From contig SVRJ01000030.1 of assembly GCA_015064885.1 (NCBI GenBank), positions 1 through 27,718 of the forward strand: a stretch of DNA of 27,718 bases, in the 5' to 3' direction. The DNA is from Oscillospiraceae bacterium. Its GTDB lineage: Bacteria > Bacillota > Clostridia > Oscillospirales > CAG-272. Below, one piece after another: positions 26,508 through 27,718 of the stretch (position 1 is its first letter; each line of letters begins with the position of its first letter). The notes under the pieces are model-generated. The model was not told the origin of the DNA. It saw nothing but the letters and a program-made list of their open reading frames with translations, and made no database searches. Position numbers and translations under genes: made by a program.

Positions 26508-27644
26508 TTATCTGCGTTTTTTTGCGGTTATAACACCTGCAAGAGAAACGAGAGCAATGAGTGTAAGTCCGCTTGTTACTGCGGAGGAGCAGCCGTTTTT
26601 ATTGTCAGGCGGAGCGGTAGTAGTCTCCGGTGAGACTGTAGTTTCGGGAGTAACGGTAGTCGTTTCGGCTGCCGAAGTAGTCACCGTAGGTGTTGGCGTC
26701 GTAACGACAGGCTTTGTTGTAGTTACGGGGACGGTAGTATTTTTAACTTTGTTAAGGCAGATCAAGCAATCAGACCTCATATCCTTCGCATATGACGGAA
26801 CGTGGTATTTTCCTGTAATATAATCGTCGCCTTTATATATATTAACGTTTTTAACTATGATCGGTTCGTTCTCCCTACCAAAGCTCATATTTACGGTAAA
26901 TCCGAGATCGTTATATCCATCCGTGACAAACGAATAATCGAAATCGAATGAGTCAATAAACTGGTACGAATCACATGATGAAGAATAAGGACCTATAAAA
27001 ACCAAACACGTTCTGTCATATATAACAAGAGCAAGATTGCGGAAAGTGCCGCTTGCAATAATTATAGGCTCGAATTCCGCATAAGAGCTCTCGTTGAACT
27101 TATATTTGCCGGCAATTCTTTTTATCCCCTTTTTCGCGCCAAGGTCGCCGTTCCCACCAAAGCGTCCGTAAACACCGTACAGATTTGAATGGTATCTGTT
27201 ATTCGTCTGCATAGGGTCCTTATCAAGGGCTTCAAGCTTTTCTGCCGTGGGAAAATTAACATATACACCTCCTCTGTGATCGGGAAGCAGAATTTCCATG
27301 GCGATAGTATAAACCTTGCCGTCTCCTAACGTAAGGCCGTCGATATTATCCCCGTACCACAAGCTCATATCTTGAGTACTTGCTTTATGAAGAGCAAGAG
27401 TTCTTCCACCGTCAAGTATAGAAACGATTTCGTCAGGATTCAAATCTTGTCTGTCCGAGGAATGAAACATCTTAGAGGTATAAACTCCGGTCGTCTCACC
27501 GAATTTGACTTCATAAAGGAGGTCGCCGTCCTTTGCATCCTCATACGTAGATATAAGAGTATTAGAAGAGGCCTCTGTGGGAACAAAGCCGAACACAGAC
27601 GCAAGAATAACGAACGTAAGAGCTAAAGACAAAGCTTTCTTCAT
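26508..27644 (-). CDS. Secreted protein B: signal peptide, unknown ~300-aa domain, Thr-rich linker, C-terminal 'GCSS'-TM-KKRR anchor
   Basis: ATG at 27644 with AAAGGAG 8 nt upstream. The longer track ORF start is unlikely. Signal 'MKKALSLALTFVILASVFGFVPTEA'. Linker 'TTVPVTTTKPVVTTPTPTVTTSAAETTTVTPETTVSPETTTAPP'. Tail 'NGCSSAVTSGLTLIALVSLAGVITAKKRR'. Confidence 0.7.
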   Translation of the reverse strand: MKKALSLALTFVILASVFGFVPTEASSNTLISTYEDAKDGDLLYEVKFGETTGVYTSKMFHSSDRQDLNPDEIVSILDGGRTLALHKASTQDMSLWYGDNIDGLTLGDGKVYTIAMEILLPDHRGGVYVNFPTAEKLEALDKDPMQTNNRYHSNLYGVYGRFGGNGDLGAKKGIKRIAGKYKFNESSYAEFEPIIIASGTFRNLALVIYDRTCLVFIGPYSSSCDSYQFIDSFDFDYSFVTDGYNDLGFTVNMSFGRENEPIIVKNVNIYKGDDYITGKYHVPSYAKDMRSDCLICLNKVKNTTVPVTTTKPVVTTPTPTVTTSAAETTTVTPETTVSPETTTAPPDNKNGCSSAVTSGLTLIALVSLAGVITAKKRR

Positions 27645-27681
27645 TGTTTCTTCTCCTTTCATATATGTCTTCTTGTTTTTA

Positions 27682-27710
27682 ATTATAACATAAAAGCATG
27701 TGCTTGTCAA
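27682..27710 (-). promoter_or_regulatory. Sigma-A promoter TTGACA-17-TATAAT for secreted protein B
   Basis: Minus-strand reading TTGACAagcacatgcttttatgtTATAAT, about 30 nt upstream of the RBS. Confidence 0.55.
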
Positions 27711-27718
27711 TAGCACGT

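Noticed and set aside
1-27718. Mobile elements, CRISPR arrays, tRNA/rRNA genes
   Set aside because: No direct repeats with spacers, no transposase or integrase-like ORFs, no flanking inverted repeats, and no cloverleaf-like or rRNA-like segments were seen. The gene content is chromosomal housekeeping with a uniformly consensus promoter style throughout.

Overview
Chromosomal segment from a low-to-moderate-GC Firmicute (Clostridia-like: consensus sigma-A promoters TTGACA-17-TATAAT, a SpoVB-like flippase, MecA, and an EndoA ortholog). Almost all real genes are on the minus strand.

In order along the window:
- the 5' part of a DinG/XPD-type FeS helicase, with its C-terminus off the window;
- mecA, a cytidylate-kinase-like protein, a MOP flippase (SpoVB-like), a small membrane protein and an EEP-family lipoprotein;
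- a hypothetical protein with an acidic tail, then glyQS co-transcribed with a divergent LCP-like protein;
- a P2-type cation ATPase whose leader looks like a yybP-ykoY (Mn2+) riboswitch with a terminator expression platform;
- murI and a complete livJ-HMGF branched-chain amino-acid ABC operon;
- a solitary EndoA/MazF toxin gene;
- a sugar-phosphate isomerase gene convergent on a Gfo/Idh/MocA pair;
- a co-oriented block: secreted protein B, a MerR-like/YkrK-like regulator, nfeD, flotillin and secreted protein A.

The most unusual signal is that both secreted proteins share the same tail: a Thr/Pro-rich linker, then 'G-C-[GS]-S', a transmembrane helix and a basic C-terminus. This is not LPXTG and suggests an uncharacterised sorting or anchoring signal. 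These two proteins bracket the flotillin/NfeD module.

Other points of interest are three perfect palindromic operators, a solitary EndoA/MazF toxin gene with no adjacent antitoxin gene, and a degenerate LCP-like protein. No rRNA, tRNA, CRISPR or obvious mobile element was seen. Long antisense ORFs in the track look spurious.
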